From assembly GCF_963921235.1 (NCBI RefSeq), contig NC_086097.1, positions 162,752,001 to 162,816,000 on the forward strand: a stretch of DNA of 64,000 nt. The letters are read 5' to 3'. The number at the start of each line of letters is the position of its first letter. Positions within the stretch are counted from its first letter, which is position 1. The notes under the pieces are model-generated. The model saw only the letters and a program-made list of their open reading frames with translations, was not told the DNA's origin and searched no databases. Below, piece by piece: positions 24,070 to 37,915 of the stretch. A program made the position numbers and the translations under genes. Source of the stretch: Mobula hypostoma. Lineage: Eukaryota.

Positions 24070-27000
24070 GGTTATTTGCTGAAGAGTGAAGGAGCATTGA
24101 AGAATCCTGAAGCAGCAGAGTGGTGAATTTAACTGTTGGGATTTCCGAGAACAATGGTGGTTTATAATGGAGCCTTTGCATCTTAAGGCTTTCAGCTGTT
24201 GTTACTGGTACAGATTCTGCATTGGAAGGTGATCATTTTGGTAGTCACCATCTTACTCATCTGATTAAGGCATTTCATGCAGCTGCATTGTCATTCAGTT
24301 GGGTATTCAGAGCACCAACAAGACTCCCATCATCTGGACGCTTCCTCAAGCACCTCAGCATGTTGGAATCAGTCGAATGTTTGTGCGTGACCTAAAATGA
24401 ACAACTTGCAGTAACTCATCTGGGGGTGTTTATGAAACAAGTCGGCATGCCAGACAGAAACATTAAGGATATGGTCTGGAAGGAATGTGCATTTTAAACA
24501 ATTGCAGCATTTAAGCAGACTACACATTCGGAATGAGCCACAGGCATAACCAATCATGTTTTACTTTGCTTTTTTTTAGGGTGGGGAGGGTGGTAGTATA
24601 GGGAAGTAATGATTGTGCCGTCAAAGTTCATGGACACAGAATGGAGAGCAGCCAAAGAATCAACAAGGATATATTTTTTTCTACAAAATCTATTCCGAAG
24701 TGAATGGAAACTGTGCCAAATTCCGTAGATCTGATAAGACGGGAAGTTGTTACATAAAGAGGATGATAGCTGCACCTGCACAAAAACGGAATTCCTGTTG
24801 GCACATGACCCTGAGCTGAGTTACAAATCAGCCTGGAATTTTGTTTTGCAATAAACTAAATGCCAGACTTTCAAACATGGTTCTCATGGAGCCTGTGTAT
24901 ATACAGAGAGATGAGTTGTGGACACAGCAAGCAAACAAGGCCTCAGACCCTCTGGAAATAAAACCCTGTTATGCTTTTTTTAAAAATCTGTAGGAAGCTG
25001 ATTTTCAAGATGGAGGAAGACATCACTGTGTAACCTAATCTCTATTGGGCAGTGCCTGTTGACTGTGTGCTATTGGTACTTTGGCTGGAATTTGATATCT
25101 CCTGAGGAACTAGTCTCCTGTGATATTGTGTGCTATTAGCAGAAAGTGAGGCAATATGTGAAGATAACTCATTGGCCTACTCTGTGATTGAGTACCTCTG
25201 GTCATCTTCATACATCCTGAGCTAATGAGTACGGAGCTGGGTCACAGGTCAGCCACTGGCTCATAGACCGGTTTGACAGAATCGAAGGGCTGAATGATCA
25301 CCTCCTGTTCAGATATTAGTCTGCAGTTAAGCTCATTAGATTGTTCTGGTGCTTTAACATAACTGCTGGATCACTTCAACACTGCTGTGCTGTTCAGAGA
25401 GCCCATCTGTACATGAAAGTTGCTGGCAGATTCTTGGGGTCTTTCTCTGACTTGCGAAAATTGAGCACATTTTTTGGTTGGGTGGGGGTGGGGGGAGTCG
25501 GGTATATTTGACTTCCACTAATTTCTCAGCCTCCTAGAAAAAATGTAGTTTGCTTTTTTAAAAATTCAGTTATGCAAGAGTTTTCTTAGCCTATTCTTCA
25601 TTGGATAGTGCTTATTAATGACTTAATCATGTTAGCAGCAAGTAATCCTATTCCTCTCGGGTGCGGTGGAAGAAATCCTATCAGTTACATGTACCACAGT
25701 AAAACCATTAACTATGCTGTACAACTGACTAAACTTCCTGTTTACATAGAGTGTATATATGTACAACTAGGAGGAATACGTAGAGAGGGTCATTTTGGTC
25801 TTTGTCAGTGTTAATGGTTCACGAGAGCTTACTCCCACAGTGGCTCATTTAACCCTTTCCACGTGGTCTTCTGCTTGATCTGTGCAATGCACTTTCATTT
25901 GTTTCTTTAAGCAGAGTGCATGATGTAATCGTATTTAGAGCAGCATACTCACATTACAGGTCATTTGTTGAAACTGCTTTTGGGAGAGTGCAAATTGGGG
26001 ATTCTGGTGCACATAACACACGTTCCATTCACTTTAATATCATCACCAGATCTGGTTGACTTTTTAAGGTGTTATTATATTACAGCCATGAAATCCAGAC
26101 ATTACCTGTTTAAGGATCTGGAATCCTGGATGATCAAACAGCACAAAAATAAACCTTTTGACCCATTGAGTCCCCTCTGACCATTTTACACTTATTCCAT
26201 TTTATTCTCCCCACACTCTAATTAATTGCCCTCAGATTCTATTCTATCATTCATGACACACATGTAGCTATTTAGAATGACTAATTAACCACCAGTCTGC
26301 ATGGTTTTGGGCGTGGGTGAAAGCCAGAGGGCCTGGAAGGAACCCATGCATTCACAGGGGGAATGTGCAAACTCCACACAAACAGCACCTGAGGTCAGGA
26401 TTAAACTCTCACTGAAGCTTGACACGGCACTTCTACCAGGTGTTCTACTGTACACCATCTTTCTTCACCCCCCCCCCCCCAAATTACAATGTTTTATGCT
26501 GTCTTAACTTGAGAAAAAAACTTGAGAAATAGGACATTTGGTGGGTGGACTTTCCTAACAGAGGCCATCATCTGCAGCCCTTTGTTGCCTCCACCTACTA
26601 ACCCCAGGATTCTGCTGTGATTTCCACCCTACTCTCCTGTATCTACCTATCATCCCACCTCTCCTGGATCCACTTATTGCTTGCTAGCTCAAGCTTCACC
26701 CTTCCTTCACCTTTTTATACTGGCTAAATCCCATCTGTCTTTAGGTCCAGATGGAGGGTTGCATCCTGAAACATTGACCGTCCCTTTTAACACCACAGGT
26801 GCTTCCTGACCTGCCAAGTTCCTCTGACATCTTATTTGCTGCTCCAGATTGTAGCCTTTGTCTTCTCTTCATTCTCTATCTTTAATACGTACTTTTGAGA
26901 CTGGGAGTATTGGCTATCTATTCTGAGTAAACATGTCAATTTCTTTTTGCACTTTCTTTCTCTTTCCTGTTGAGAAGCAACACAGTTAGTTATGAGGTGA

Positions 27001-30000
27001 AAATGAACTGCATGCATTATAACTCTAAAAATCTCACGTGTTGCTTAAGGCACTCAGTTCCTTGAGCGACAATCAGTGACTGATCTCTCATCGAGATGAT
27101 TGCTTCTTTGCCATTTGTGGTTATGATTCGACTTGGAAAACCAAAGTTTAACGAGATTCAGACAGTGCTGCAAAATGGAAGGTCTGTTCCTTGGGATACT
27201 TTGGAAAATAATTTCAATGCTGATTAAGGGGGAAGTAAACATACAGGAGTCACAATGTTAAAGGAATGTTTTTAGTCTTCGGAATGAAATCTTAGAGTTT
27301 AATCAGTAATATTAAAGAGTTCAATTCTCTATCTAGACTGTGAACAGTGTTACTAGAAAGGAAAATAAAACACATAGAGCTTCATAGCATAACGGAATGC
27401 CAGTGGATTAGCATGTATTGATCTATTCCGGCCTCCTAGATAGCTGTTTTAAATGAGTTTGGGTGATTACAGCCTTGCCACTCACAATACGGCTTGTTCA
27501 ACGCGAACCCACCCTTCAGTCAGCGGTTAGCAGTGCTCTGAAATGCCATTTCTTTATGACTCTTCTTTGACTGTTGTAAAAACAGTGGTCATAAGTATTT
27601 CAGAGATGTTGGGCTAGGATCCACTGATAGGTCAGAGTAGCATTAGAGATTGACAGTGCCATACCTCGCATTGGTTTCCTTTGAGGTCTCTTGGTGCCTG
27701 GAATGAAAATGGTTCCCATCTCACCAGTTGAGAAGAAGGACCATCCAAAAACTAATGAAGTGAAAAGGTCGAGTGAATGGGGGAAAATTCTCCTTGTTAA
27801 CAGATCTGGATAAGTTTGTCCAGAGAACATTTTGCTAACACTCCAATTTACCTGCCTCCAGAAGGTTTAATTATGACTTTAATTTTTAACACTACCGTAA
27901 GAGTTTATAAAAACCCTCATTAGTAATAACTCCACTGCCAGAAGTGCAGTGGAAACTATAGTGTATTTATAACCATTTGTTTTTGTGTTTGAGAACAATT
28001 TCCACTTTTATATGTTTATTGTCGATGCAATTTTTATAACATTGTGTTTTCTGAAATGTCTGTGCAAAGCTACCTCTGTTTATTCACATATTTACTGATT
28101 CCCGACAGAGTTGGGATAAATTGAGAGGGCTCTGGGGGGGAACAGGGTCCTTCATGTTTATCACACGATCCTACAAAGTGACCCCCAGTGACCTGCAAAT
28201 AATCCGCTTGTGTAGAGGCATGAAGCCTCACTATCTTTCCACCCTTTATTGTACCAGCAAAGATGGCAGCTAGAGTAGGGGTACATATGGGTCTAGAAGG
28301 CCTGCTTGTTTTTAAATCAGAACAACTGGTTACCATCAAAATTATAACATGGCTCTTTGCCATCATGAAGGTATGAGAATCTCCTCTGCTGCATTTAAGA
28401 ATATAACTTTCAATGTACCTGTAGCTCCTAAAAACATTGAGGCTTGAATGCATGGCTCTAGACTAATCAAACCTGGACTGACCTCCAAAATTAGAGTTTA
28501 ATTTACACTTTTTGCTCTTATCTAATCATAACTTCCCATGTTGTTTGTTTCTTACTGCTGATTTCTGGAACCATGAAATGTTAATATGTGGCAGAAGCTC
28601 AGTATTCAGCAACTTCATTACCTGGATGGTAATCTGGCAGTATTGGCCCACCCAACTTTAGTTTCATTGAATTGAGATGCCTCTACACAGGCAGTGGTTC
28701 CATTCTGCTAGCTTAACTTCCGGATGGAAGATGAGTGATCAAACTTGGGCCCCATTGCTTCACCAATGTGTTGTATTGCCAACTGGCGCTGGGAGAACAA
28801 GGATTGTTTTGTGTTTGTAAGGATGAGGCACCCTCACCTGGTCGTTCCATACATTTCAAAGAATCACGTAGTCATCTGGAACAGAAACAGTCCAAATTCA
28901 TTACCCAGCACATTGCCCATAGCATTATATGGTTTAATGGTTCAAGTGTTTGTCTAAATTCCTGAATATTGTAAATGTCACAGCTTCCGTCTCTCCCTCA
29001 GCCAGTCTGCAGCCACACATTCTCTCTCAGATCCTCTTTAAACCTTGTTGAGCCACTGCACCCTGGAATTAGACACCAGTGCTATATGGAAAAGTTTCTT
29101 AATATCTACCCTATATATGCCTGTCATAATATTGAATAAATCAGTCATGTTTGCTCTTTTTCCATGGGGGGGTGGGGGGAAGGTCTATCAAAATTCACAC
29201 AACTGAAATACACCATCCTAGGTAATATCTTGGTTAATTGTCTCTCTATCCTGTCTGATGCAATCATCTCCTCTTATGGTGTGGTGACCAGAATGGCATA
29301 CAATACTCCAGCAGTGGCCTAACCAAGGTTTTATATCATTATACTTTAACCTCCCTGCATTTAAGTTTGATGCTCCATTTAAGGAAGGCAGGTATCCTGT
29401 CCTGTTATGATTTCTCACAATTACTTCAGTGGAATCCCTTGATCAGGAGACCTTTATTGGAAATTCTTCCTTCAGTTTTCACACCAAATCAGGAAGATAC
29501 ACAATAAAGATTTTCCAACAACATATGCCTGGACGGCTGTTTTCCATGCTAATATAAATACTCAATTGGATGCAGTTTTTTTTTCTGGAGGATCATGCAC
29601 AATTCACAAGGAGCTCTACAAGCAGCAGATAGAGGAGATTTTAATACCATCTGCTCTGTTTGAACCTGGTAGCTGAGGTGAAAAATCAACTTCAACTCAT
29701 TCAATACAGTTCTCATGAAACCTGTGATTTTTAAGAGGCTGTCATCTTTGAAAGTCCAATCAAGATTTTTGGATGGAAAACTCTGGCTTGCAAGCCATAT
29801 ATTCTGACTGACATTGAATCTTTTAATGAATTAGCCCATGAAACATAGAGAGAATCATCACCTTGAAATATAAATTATTTCTGTTTGACTTTTTTAGAAA
29901 ATTCTGTTATTCATGTATGTACCAATGTTTCTTGATATGTGATCTGATTGTACAATGGATGATACTGACAGTAGATCAATGCTACATGATGAGTGATGAT

Positions 30001-30320
30001 GTATAAATTGGTAGGTGTTATCCTGTAGAACCACTTGTAATTCATGGGGTAGCCTTTGATTCATCTGAGATGATGATCTGAGCAGAATATCCTGTGTGTG
30101 TATTCCTGTTCAGTGAGTGTATGGAAGTAGAACACCACAAGTATGCAATGGTGCTTTTAAGCTGTGTCCATAATAAACCAATCATCAATGGAAGGAATGG
30201 TGAGCTTCTGAATACTACTGATAAGGCACAGAAGCATTATGAATGTGTACAAATGTATATTGTACTTTACCAAGTTCACGTTACATACCAATAAAATTAT
30301 GAAAACATTTTTATACTTTC
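24070..30320 (+). other. ARHGAP28: Putative ARHGAP28 3'UTR (extent uncertain)
   Basis: Candidate AATAAA at 24850, 24957, ~29503, ~30172 and 30290. TGTA-rich, AT-rich end near 29900-30300. Few large young transposons in the interval. Confidence 0.4.
26540..26865 (+). repeat. Old PLE 3' end with degenerate hammerhead
   Basis: GGTC cagatgg agggttgcatcct GAAA catt GACC (26744-26779), followed by the terminal repeat. Confidence 0.6.
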
Positions 30321-31912
30321 CAAAATGTAACTCAGTTTTAGTATAAGTACATTTTGAATATGTATATAATTGTTTGGAAATCGTAGGTTTGGATTTTAAT
30401 AATAATAGTACACCTTGCAATCATATTTGCATTGTTGTTGAAGTGATTATATTTGGATGCACTTAAGGGGAAGCAAGTCAAGTAAATGGGGCAATAAAGA
30501 ATAAAAAGGCCATGATAGTAAAGTTTCATGAAGATGAATTGGGTTTAAAAACTGGTTATGCTATTAATTCTGTGTAAAATACCTTGCCTATTTATGAGAC
30601 ATTCAGATTGTCTGAATTTCTCAGATTCCATACGCTAAATCTCTTTATAGCTATGTAGCTTTATGTTTGCATCTAGTCTGTACCTGGCCCGAGTATTTGC
30701 ATTCCCCCTTATAATTCCCTCTTTAACTTATTCTCAACTCCCCTCAGATTCTACTGCTCATCTGCGCTCCAAGGACAGTTTGCAGTTGCCAGTCAACCTG
30801 CCAACCTGTGTGTTTTTTGGGGTCTGAGAGGTAATCCTCAGGGTCATGGAGAGAACTTGGTCACGTGGTGCTGAGAGGCTGCAGCTCTATTAGCTGCACA
30901 ACCCCATTAACAGTGGTGATAATGGAGAGTATTGCACAGAGACCTGGATCAAAATGGTAAGTCTCTGACTTTATCCATCAACCATAACCCATCCTTAAGC
31001 AGGAAAAGGCACCTTTTGCTACTTTGGCTCAGTGATGAAGTATTCCATTGTCATTGGTGTCATTAATGTCCCTTCTATTGTTTTGGAATCCTTAGATTTA
31101 AACTGCCCATCCTTTTCTCCTGACCTTTGGGATTAGAACTGGTTTATTATTGTCTCCATGTACGGTAAAAAGCTTGTCTTGCATACCGTCCATACAGATC
31201 AAATCATTACACAGTACATTAAGGTAACAATAACAATGCAGAATAAAGTGCATAAAACTTCTGAAAAAGTACAGTGCATGTAAATGATGAAGTACAAATG
31301 ATAGCGATGTAGATAGGCCTAGGCCTCAGGCTGCGGTGTCGCCTGTTTGCAGCCACCCAGAGGGAGGCATCGGAGTTGGGCACTCCACTGGAGTGCCAGA
31401 GGTGGTGTGGTGCAGGGTCTATGCTGGAGTCGAAACTGCCCCCTAATGTTAGCTCAGCAGAAGACAAGCTTCATTGTGTTCCACTGCAGACTGCTTCTAC
31501 ATTCATGGACTCTGGGACTTGGACTATATTTTTTTTGTCTAAATATATTTTACTGCTATCTTACATGTGCCTTGTCCTGTGTATGACTGTTGGTACTGTG
31601 TTTTCCACCTGGCCCCGGAGTAATGCTGTATTCATGGATATTTATGTATGGCTGAATGACAATTAAACTTAAACTTGACCTGGAACTATGTGGTTGGACA
31701 AAGATAAGCTATTGTGATGTTCATTCCTATGAACATGAAGCTCCAAGCTCTCTCAACCTCAACAACATTGATGCAGACAGGGGCATGTACACTGCTCTTG
31801 CTGAAGTCAATGACCATTATCTTTACAAATATTTAAGTCAACTGGCATTTGAATATTCTGTCATGTTCTCCATTTATATTTTTCGTGAACACAATGGGAG
31901 TTATCTCCCATG

Positions 31913-34552
31913 TTATGCAATAGAAAGGAAGGATATTAGCCTGGAGGATGTGGAATCGATATGGGTAGAGCTGCATAACACTATGGGGCAGAAAACGCTG
32001 GTGGGAGTTGTGTACAGGCCACCTAACAATAGTAGTGAGGTTGGGGATGGCAGTAAACAGGAAATTAGAAGTGCGTGCAATAAAGGAACAGCAGTTATAA
32101 TGGGTGACTTCACTCTACATATAGATTGGGTGAACCGAATTGGTAAGGGTGCTGAGGAAGAGGATTTCTTGGAATGTATGTGGGATGGTTTTCTGAACCA
32201 ACATGTCGAGGAACCAACTAGAGAGCAAGCCATTCTAGGCTGGGTATTGATCAATGCGGAAGGGATAGTTAGCAATCTTGTGGTGTGAGGCCCCTTGGAT
32301 ATGAGTGACCATAATATGGTGGAATTCTTCATTAAGATGGAGAGTGACATAGTTAATTCAGAAACAAAGGTTCTGAACTTAAAGAAGGGTAACTTTGAAG
32401 GTATGAGACGTGAATTAGCTAAGATAGACTGGCAAATGACACTTAAAGGGTTGACGGTGGATATGCAATGGCAAGCATTTAAAGATCGCATGGATGAACT
32501 ACAACAATTGTTCATCCCAGTTTGGCAAAAGAATAAACCAGGGAAGGTAGTGCACCTATGGCTGACAAGGGAAATTAGGGATAGTATCAATTCCGAAGAA
32601 GAAATGTACAAATTAGCCAGAAAAAGCAGCACACCTGAGGACTAGGAGAAATTCAGAGTCCAGCAGAGGAGGATAAAGGGCTTAATTAGGAAAGGGAAAA
32701 AGGATTATGAGAGAAAGCTAGCAGGGAACATAAAAACTGACTCTAAAAGCTTTTATAGATATGTGAAAAGAAAAAGATTGGTTAATACAAATGTAGGTCC
32801 CTTACAGTCAGAAACAGGTGAATTGATCATGGGGAACAAGGACATGGCAGACCAATTGAATAGGAGGACATAAATAATTTTCCGGAAATAGTAGGGGACC
32901 GAGGGTCTAGTGAGATGGAGGAACTGAGGGAAATACATGTTAGTAGGGAAGTGGTGTTAGGTAAATTGAAGGGATTAAAGGCAGATAAATCCCCAGGGCC
33001 AGATGGTCTGCATTCCAGAGTGCTTAAGGAAGTAGCCCAAGAAATAGTGGATGCATTAGTGATAATTTTTCAGAACGCTTTATATTCTGGATTAGTTCCT
33101 GAGGATTGGAGGGTGGCTAATGTAACCCCGCTTTTTAAAAAAGGATGGAGAGAGAAACGGGGGAATTATAGACCCGTTAGCCTTAACATCGGTGGTGGGG
33201 AAAATGCTAGAGTCAGTTATCAAAGATGTGATAACAGCACATTTGGAAAGCGGTGAAATCATCGGACAAAGTCAGCATGGATTTGTGAAAGGAAAATCAT
33301 GCCTGACGAATCTTATAGAATTTTTTGAGGATGTAACTAGCAGAGTGGATAAGAGAGAACCAGTGGATGTGGTATATTTGGATTTTCAAAAGGCTTTTGA
33401 CAAGCTCCCACACAGGAGATTAGTGTGCAAACTTAAAGCACGCGGTATTGGGGGTATGGTATTGATGTGGATAGAGAATTGGTTGGCAGACAGGAAGCAA
33501 AGAGTGGGAATAAACGGGACCTTTTCAGAATGGCAGGCAGTGACTAGTGGGGTACCGCAAGGCTCAGTGCTGGGACCCCAGTTGTTTACAATATATACTA
33601 ATGACTTAGATGAGGGAATTAAATGTAGCATCTCCAAGTTTGCGGATGACACGAAGCTGGGCGGCAGTGTTAGCGGTGAGGAGGATGCTAAGAGGATGCA
33701 GGGTGACTTGGATAGGTTAGGTGAGTGGGTAAATTCATGGCAAGTGCAATTTAATGTGAATAAATGTGAGGTTATCCACCTTGGTGGCAAGAACAGGAAA
33801 ACAGATTATTATCTGAATCGTGGCAGATTAGGAAAACGGGAGGCGCTACGAGACCTGGGTGTCATTATACACCAGTCATTGAAAGTGGGCATGCAGGTAC
33901 AGCAGGCGGTGAAAAAGGCGAATGGTATGCTGGCATTTATAGCAAGAAGATTCGAGTACAGGAGCAGGGAGGTACTGCTGCAGTTGTACAAGGCCTTGGT
34001 GAGACCACACCTGGAGTATTGTGTGCAGTTTTGGTCCCCTAATCTGAGGAAAGACATTTTTGCCTTAGAGGGAGTACAAAGAAGGTTCACCAGATTGATT
34101 CCTGGGATGGCAGGACTTTCATATGATGAAAGACTGGATTGACTAGGCTTATACTCACTGGAATTTAGAAGACTGATGGGGGATCTTATTGAAACGTATA
34201 AAATCCTAAAGGGATTGGACAGGCTAGATGCAGGAAAATTGTTCCCGATGTTGGGGAAGTCCAGAACGAGGGGTCACAGTTTGAGGATAAAGGGGAAGCC
34301 TTTTAGGACCGAGATGAGGAAAAACTTCTTCACACAGAGAGTGGTGAATCTGTGGAATTCTCTGCCACAGGAAACAGTTGAGGCCAGTTCATTGGCTATA
34401 TTTAAGAGGGAGTTAGATATGGCCCTTGTGGCTAAGGGGATCGGGGGTATGGAGAGAAGGCAGGTACAGGATTCTGAGTTGGATGATCAGCCATGATCAT
34501 ACTGAATGGCGGTGCAGGCTTGAAGGGCTGAATGGCCTACTCCTGCACCTAT
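31913..34552 (+). mobile_element. Relatively young 5'-truncated CR1 LINE (APE endonuclease C-half, RT, 3'UTR)
   Basis: GVVYRPP, IMGDF, SDHNMV, KSPGPDG, NYRPVSL, YLDFQKAFD, SGVPQGSVLGP, KFADDTK. Stops at 32286, 32643 and 34140, a deletion near 32860 and a frameshift near 33185. Confidence 0.95.
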
Positions 34553-36164
34553 CATGAAAAGGGATAATAATCTTCGCTAGTGCAACCAAGATAAGCATTA
34601 TTTGGGGATTTATGATAATCCTAAACTTCTACGCCTGGTCAAATGGCACCAGTATTACTAAATGCAAAGCCTTGGAGGTATACATGATAGAAACATACTC
34701 TTTGTACCACTGAGTCAATGCTGATAATTGAGTACCTATCAATACAAATTCCATTTTTCTAGTACTTGGTCCATAGCATTCTATGCCCTGGTGATTCAAG
34801 TGCTCATCTAGATAGTTAAGTATTGCATGTCTGCCTCCAACAGCCCCTTAGAAAGATTTCTACGAGTCTTCGAGTGATGAATGTATTTCTCAAATCCTCT
34901 CTAAGCTTTCTACCCTTTACCTTAATCCCATACATGCTAATGATTTACATTGTCTGCAATTAACAAGTTTCCTACTATATGTACCCTTTATCATTTTGTA
35001 CAACTTTAGCAAGTCTCTTCTCAGCCTTCCTGCATTCCATGGAAAACAAACCCAACATCCCTCTCAAATGAAATACTGAATCTCAGACAATCTTGGCTTG
35101 CATGCTGTTTACACTGCTGAATAAGACTTCCTTTTTGACTGACATCTTTTTGTGATTTGAATCCTTCTTAGCAAGCAATAGCAGTAACCAGGTTGACAGT
35201 TCAAACAATGTAGTAGCTTCTAAAGTAATTCACAGAAAGGTTAATAAACAGACAAAGAGTTGATTTTCTTCAAAAGTCCGAGCTGAACTTCCAAAATAGG
35301 AATTACTTTTCTGAAGAGGGGTAGCTATCACATTCTTACTGGTTGCTTTAAATTTGTGGTTTGTGTTGTGGCTTCCTCAGGACCATAATTGCTATTTATT
35401 TCTGTAAACACTTCGAAATTACCTCATATCTTGAGAAGCTGGCTCTGAAATTGAGTCTTTTTATTCATGCAATGAGAGTTTAAACAATTTGACTCTCAAC
35501 CATCCAGTGGAATGGACAGCCAGCACTGGAAATGAGGTTACAAGGCAGCTTGCTGCCACACTATTCAAGTTTGCTATAAATCATTCCATTTGGGGTATGC
35601 TTCCTTTTGTTGGATTCAACTAGAGTTGTGTAATACAGTGCAGATGTGGATGTTTTGCATCAACAAGCCTTGAAAGAGAGTCTGGAAATTTTAAGTTTGT
35701 TTTTGACAGAGTAGTTTTGTGTCATGGAAAAAGTCTTCCATTTTCTTTGCCAGTCCCTCAGGATCACTTCATACCCCAATCCCCCAGACTGATTTGCCTC
35801 ATGGCTCAGTATAGCCTTGAGCGAACAGTTTTGTTTCTACCAGTCAGCTATATATGTGTTTCCCTTAGACACCACATGACCAAACTAAAATGTAAGTGTT
35901 GGTAAAATTTTCCCACCCCCCCCCGCAGAAAGTGAATGGCATTCATTGCATGTGGATATTTACTCAAAACAACCTAACACTTACTTTGCATTGTGCTAAA
36001 TGATTCCTCTATGCCTCCTCTCTCATTTTAATTTCCTTCCTCATTTGGCTTCATTTCCAAAGCAGTCTCAAGTGATGACAAAAAGATTGTTTCAACGGCA
36101 AATCCTTTCTTAAAGCAGATAGCCCTATTTCACATATTTGTAGGTAATTCAATTTGTAGACATT

Positions 36165-36600
36165 TTTACAACTTGGGTGGTCAATCCTGCCCAATGTATC
36201 AGTGACACCAGCCTACCCAGCACCAAGGACGTAGATACAGAAAGGTGCTGGGAAAAGGCCAGCAGTGTCATTAAGGATCCCACCCATCCTGCTCATGTAC
36301 CGTTAAGCAGGAGGCTATGTAGCATCCACACTAGGACCACCAGACTCAGAAACAGTTACTATCCCCAAGTAGGAAGACTAACCAACACCTCCACCCACTA
36401 ATCCACTCACCCCACCACAACTATGCTACCATTTTCTGTCAGCCACCTTATGTCACTTTATGGATGTACAGTCAATGTATATATGCTATCTTATGTATTT
36501 ATAGTTATTGTGTTTTTTTATTGGGTTATTTTATCTGGTAGTGTTTCTTTTTTGTGTTGCATTTGATCCAACTGACATTGAACAAGCTTGAATCTTGAAT
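36165..36600 (+). mobile_element. Rex1/Babar-related LINE 3' fragment
   Basis: ORF 36177-36401 KASSVIKDPTHPAH..RTTRLRNSYYPQ, similar to 4592-4789. Confidence 0.65.
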
Positions 36601-37544
36601 CTAAAACCCATGTATCAGCTATAGTACAAAACTGAAGCATTTCAGTGTCTTGGACTGGAGATTTCTGATTCCAGATATCCAAGATCACATAGTACGATAT
36701 TGCTGGAGTTTTTATTTAATTAACGAGAAGGTATAAAATTTCCATTGGTATTAAATAAGATGGTATGACAGGAATGCAAGAGATTAGATATCTTGTTTAA
36801 AGTGGTGTGGAGTCAGCTTCATTTTACTAACCTCATGAGCTATCAAAACTTGATTAGCATCCCAGGCTCCAGTGTCAGGGTTAGTCATGCCTATCAGATT
36901 AACCAGCTGCTTATTTAAAAGAACATAAACCCTCTATTTCAAAAGGAATCCTCATGTTGTTGTCCAGTTTCTTCCTCTCTGGGTAGCCCAACAACTGAAA
37001 GTCTAAACAGAACGCCCCAGTTTTGCGATAATCTGCCCTGTAGCATTTTTGTGATTGGCATTTAACATTGTACAAGTGTTAAATAATATTACCTCACCTT
37101 CATCTGTTTTTACTCAGCTGTACAGATGATTCTCTTGAAGCAGAAATAAAGCATATTCATACAAGTTGTTTACAGATGGGAGTAGAGGTTGTTTGGTGCT
37201 CTTACAACAGGGCTCTGCATACCCTGTTCAAGTGGATTAGCTGCTGTTCAAACAAGTGTGGCTTGTTCCAATTGATATGGGCTACCTAATTTGTGTCGAG
37301 AAATTGTGATCTTACACTTTGGATTCCAGCTCAAGCTGGGAAACAAAAGCAATTATACTTTATAGCAGATTCATAGCGATGCAGGTGAAAGGGAATGAAG
37401 TCATATAACATAACACTATGATTTAAAATGGAACTCCCAGTATTCTTGTAAAATTTAGATCAAACCTGTCAATATTCAGCCAGCCTCTTGTACCTTCACG
37501 ATGTTATTTGGCAATATTTGGGAAATTTGCTTACAACACCCACT

Positions 37545-37900
37545 GGATAGAACATAGAACAGTATAGCACAAGAAAAGGCCCTTCAGCCGAAACAATCAG
37601 TAACCAAATGGCCAATTAAACTGATCTCTTCTGCCTACAGAATGTCCATATCCTTCCAGTTTCTTTACATTCATGTCCTTATCTAAATTACTCCTAAAAC
37701 CCCCTTATCTTTCTGCCTCTACCACCACCTCGGCAACATATTCCTGACACCCACAACTCTTTTTTGGAAAAAAATTGCCCCACATCTCTTGAAATTACCT
37801 CCCTCACCCTAAATGCCCTCTTAGACATTTCAACGCTGCTGTCTGTCAATGCCTGTCATAATCTTATCTACCCTCAGTCTCAGCTGCTCCAGTGAAAACT
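37545..37900 (-). mobile_element. CR1-type 3' end fragment
   Basis: Starts with (ATAGAAC)-type tail repeats then aggcccttcagcc. Decayed CR1 3'UTR on -. Confidence 0.6.
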
Positions 37901-37915
37901 ATAGGTTAATTAATT

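Noticed and set aside
27931..27953. Hairpin resembling an iron-responsive element
   Set aside because: The loop is CAGAAGT rather than CAGWGH, and there is no bulged C 5 bp below the loop.
31656..32288. 210-aa ORF that could be read as a novel host-endonuclease fusion gene
   Set aside because: Chance read-through from decayed repeat and unique DNA into the 5'-truncated CR1 at ~31913. There is no splice or promoter support and the CR1 has several stops.
31913..32632. 239-aa minus-strand ORF
   Set aside because: Antisense shadow of CR1 ORF2.
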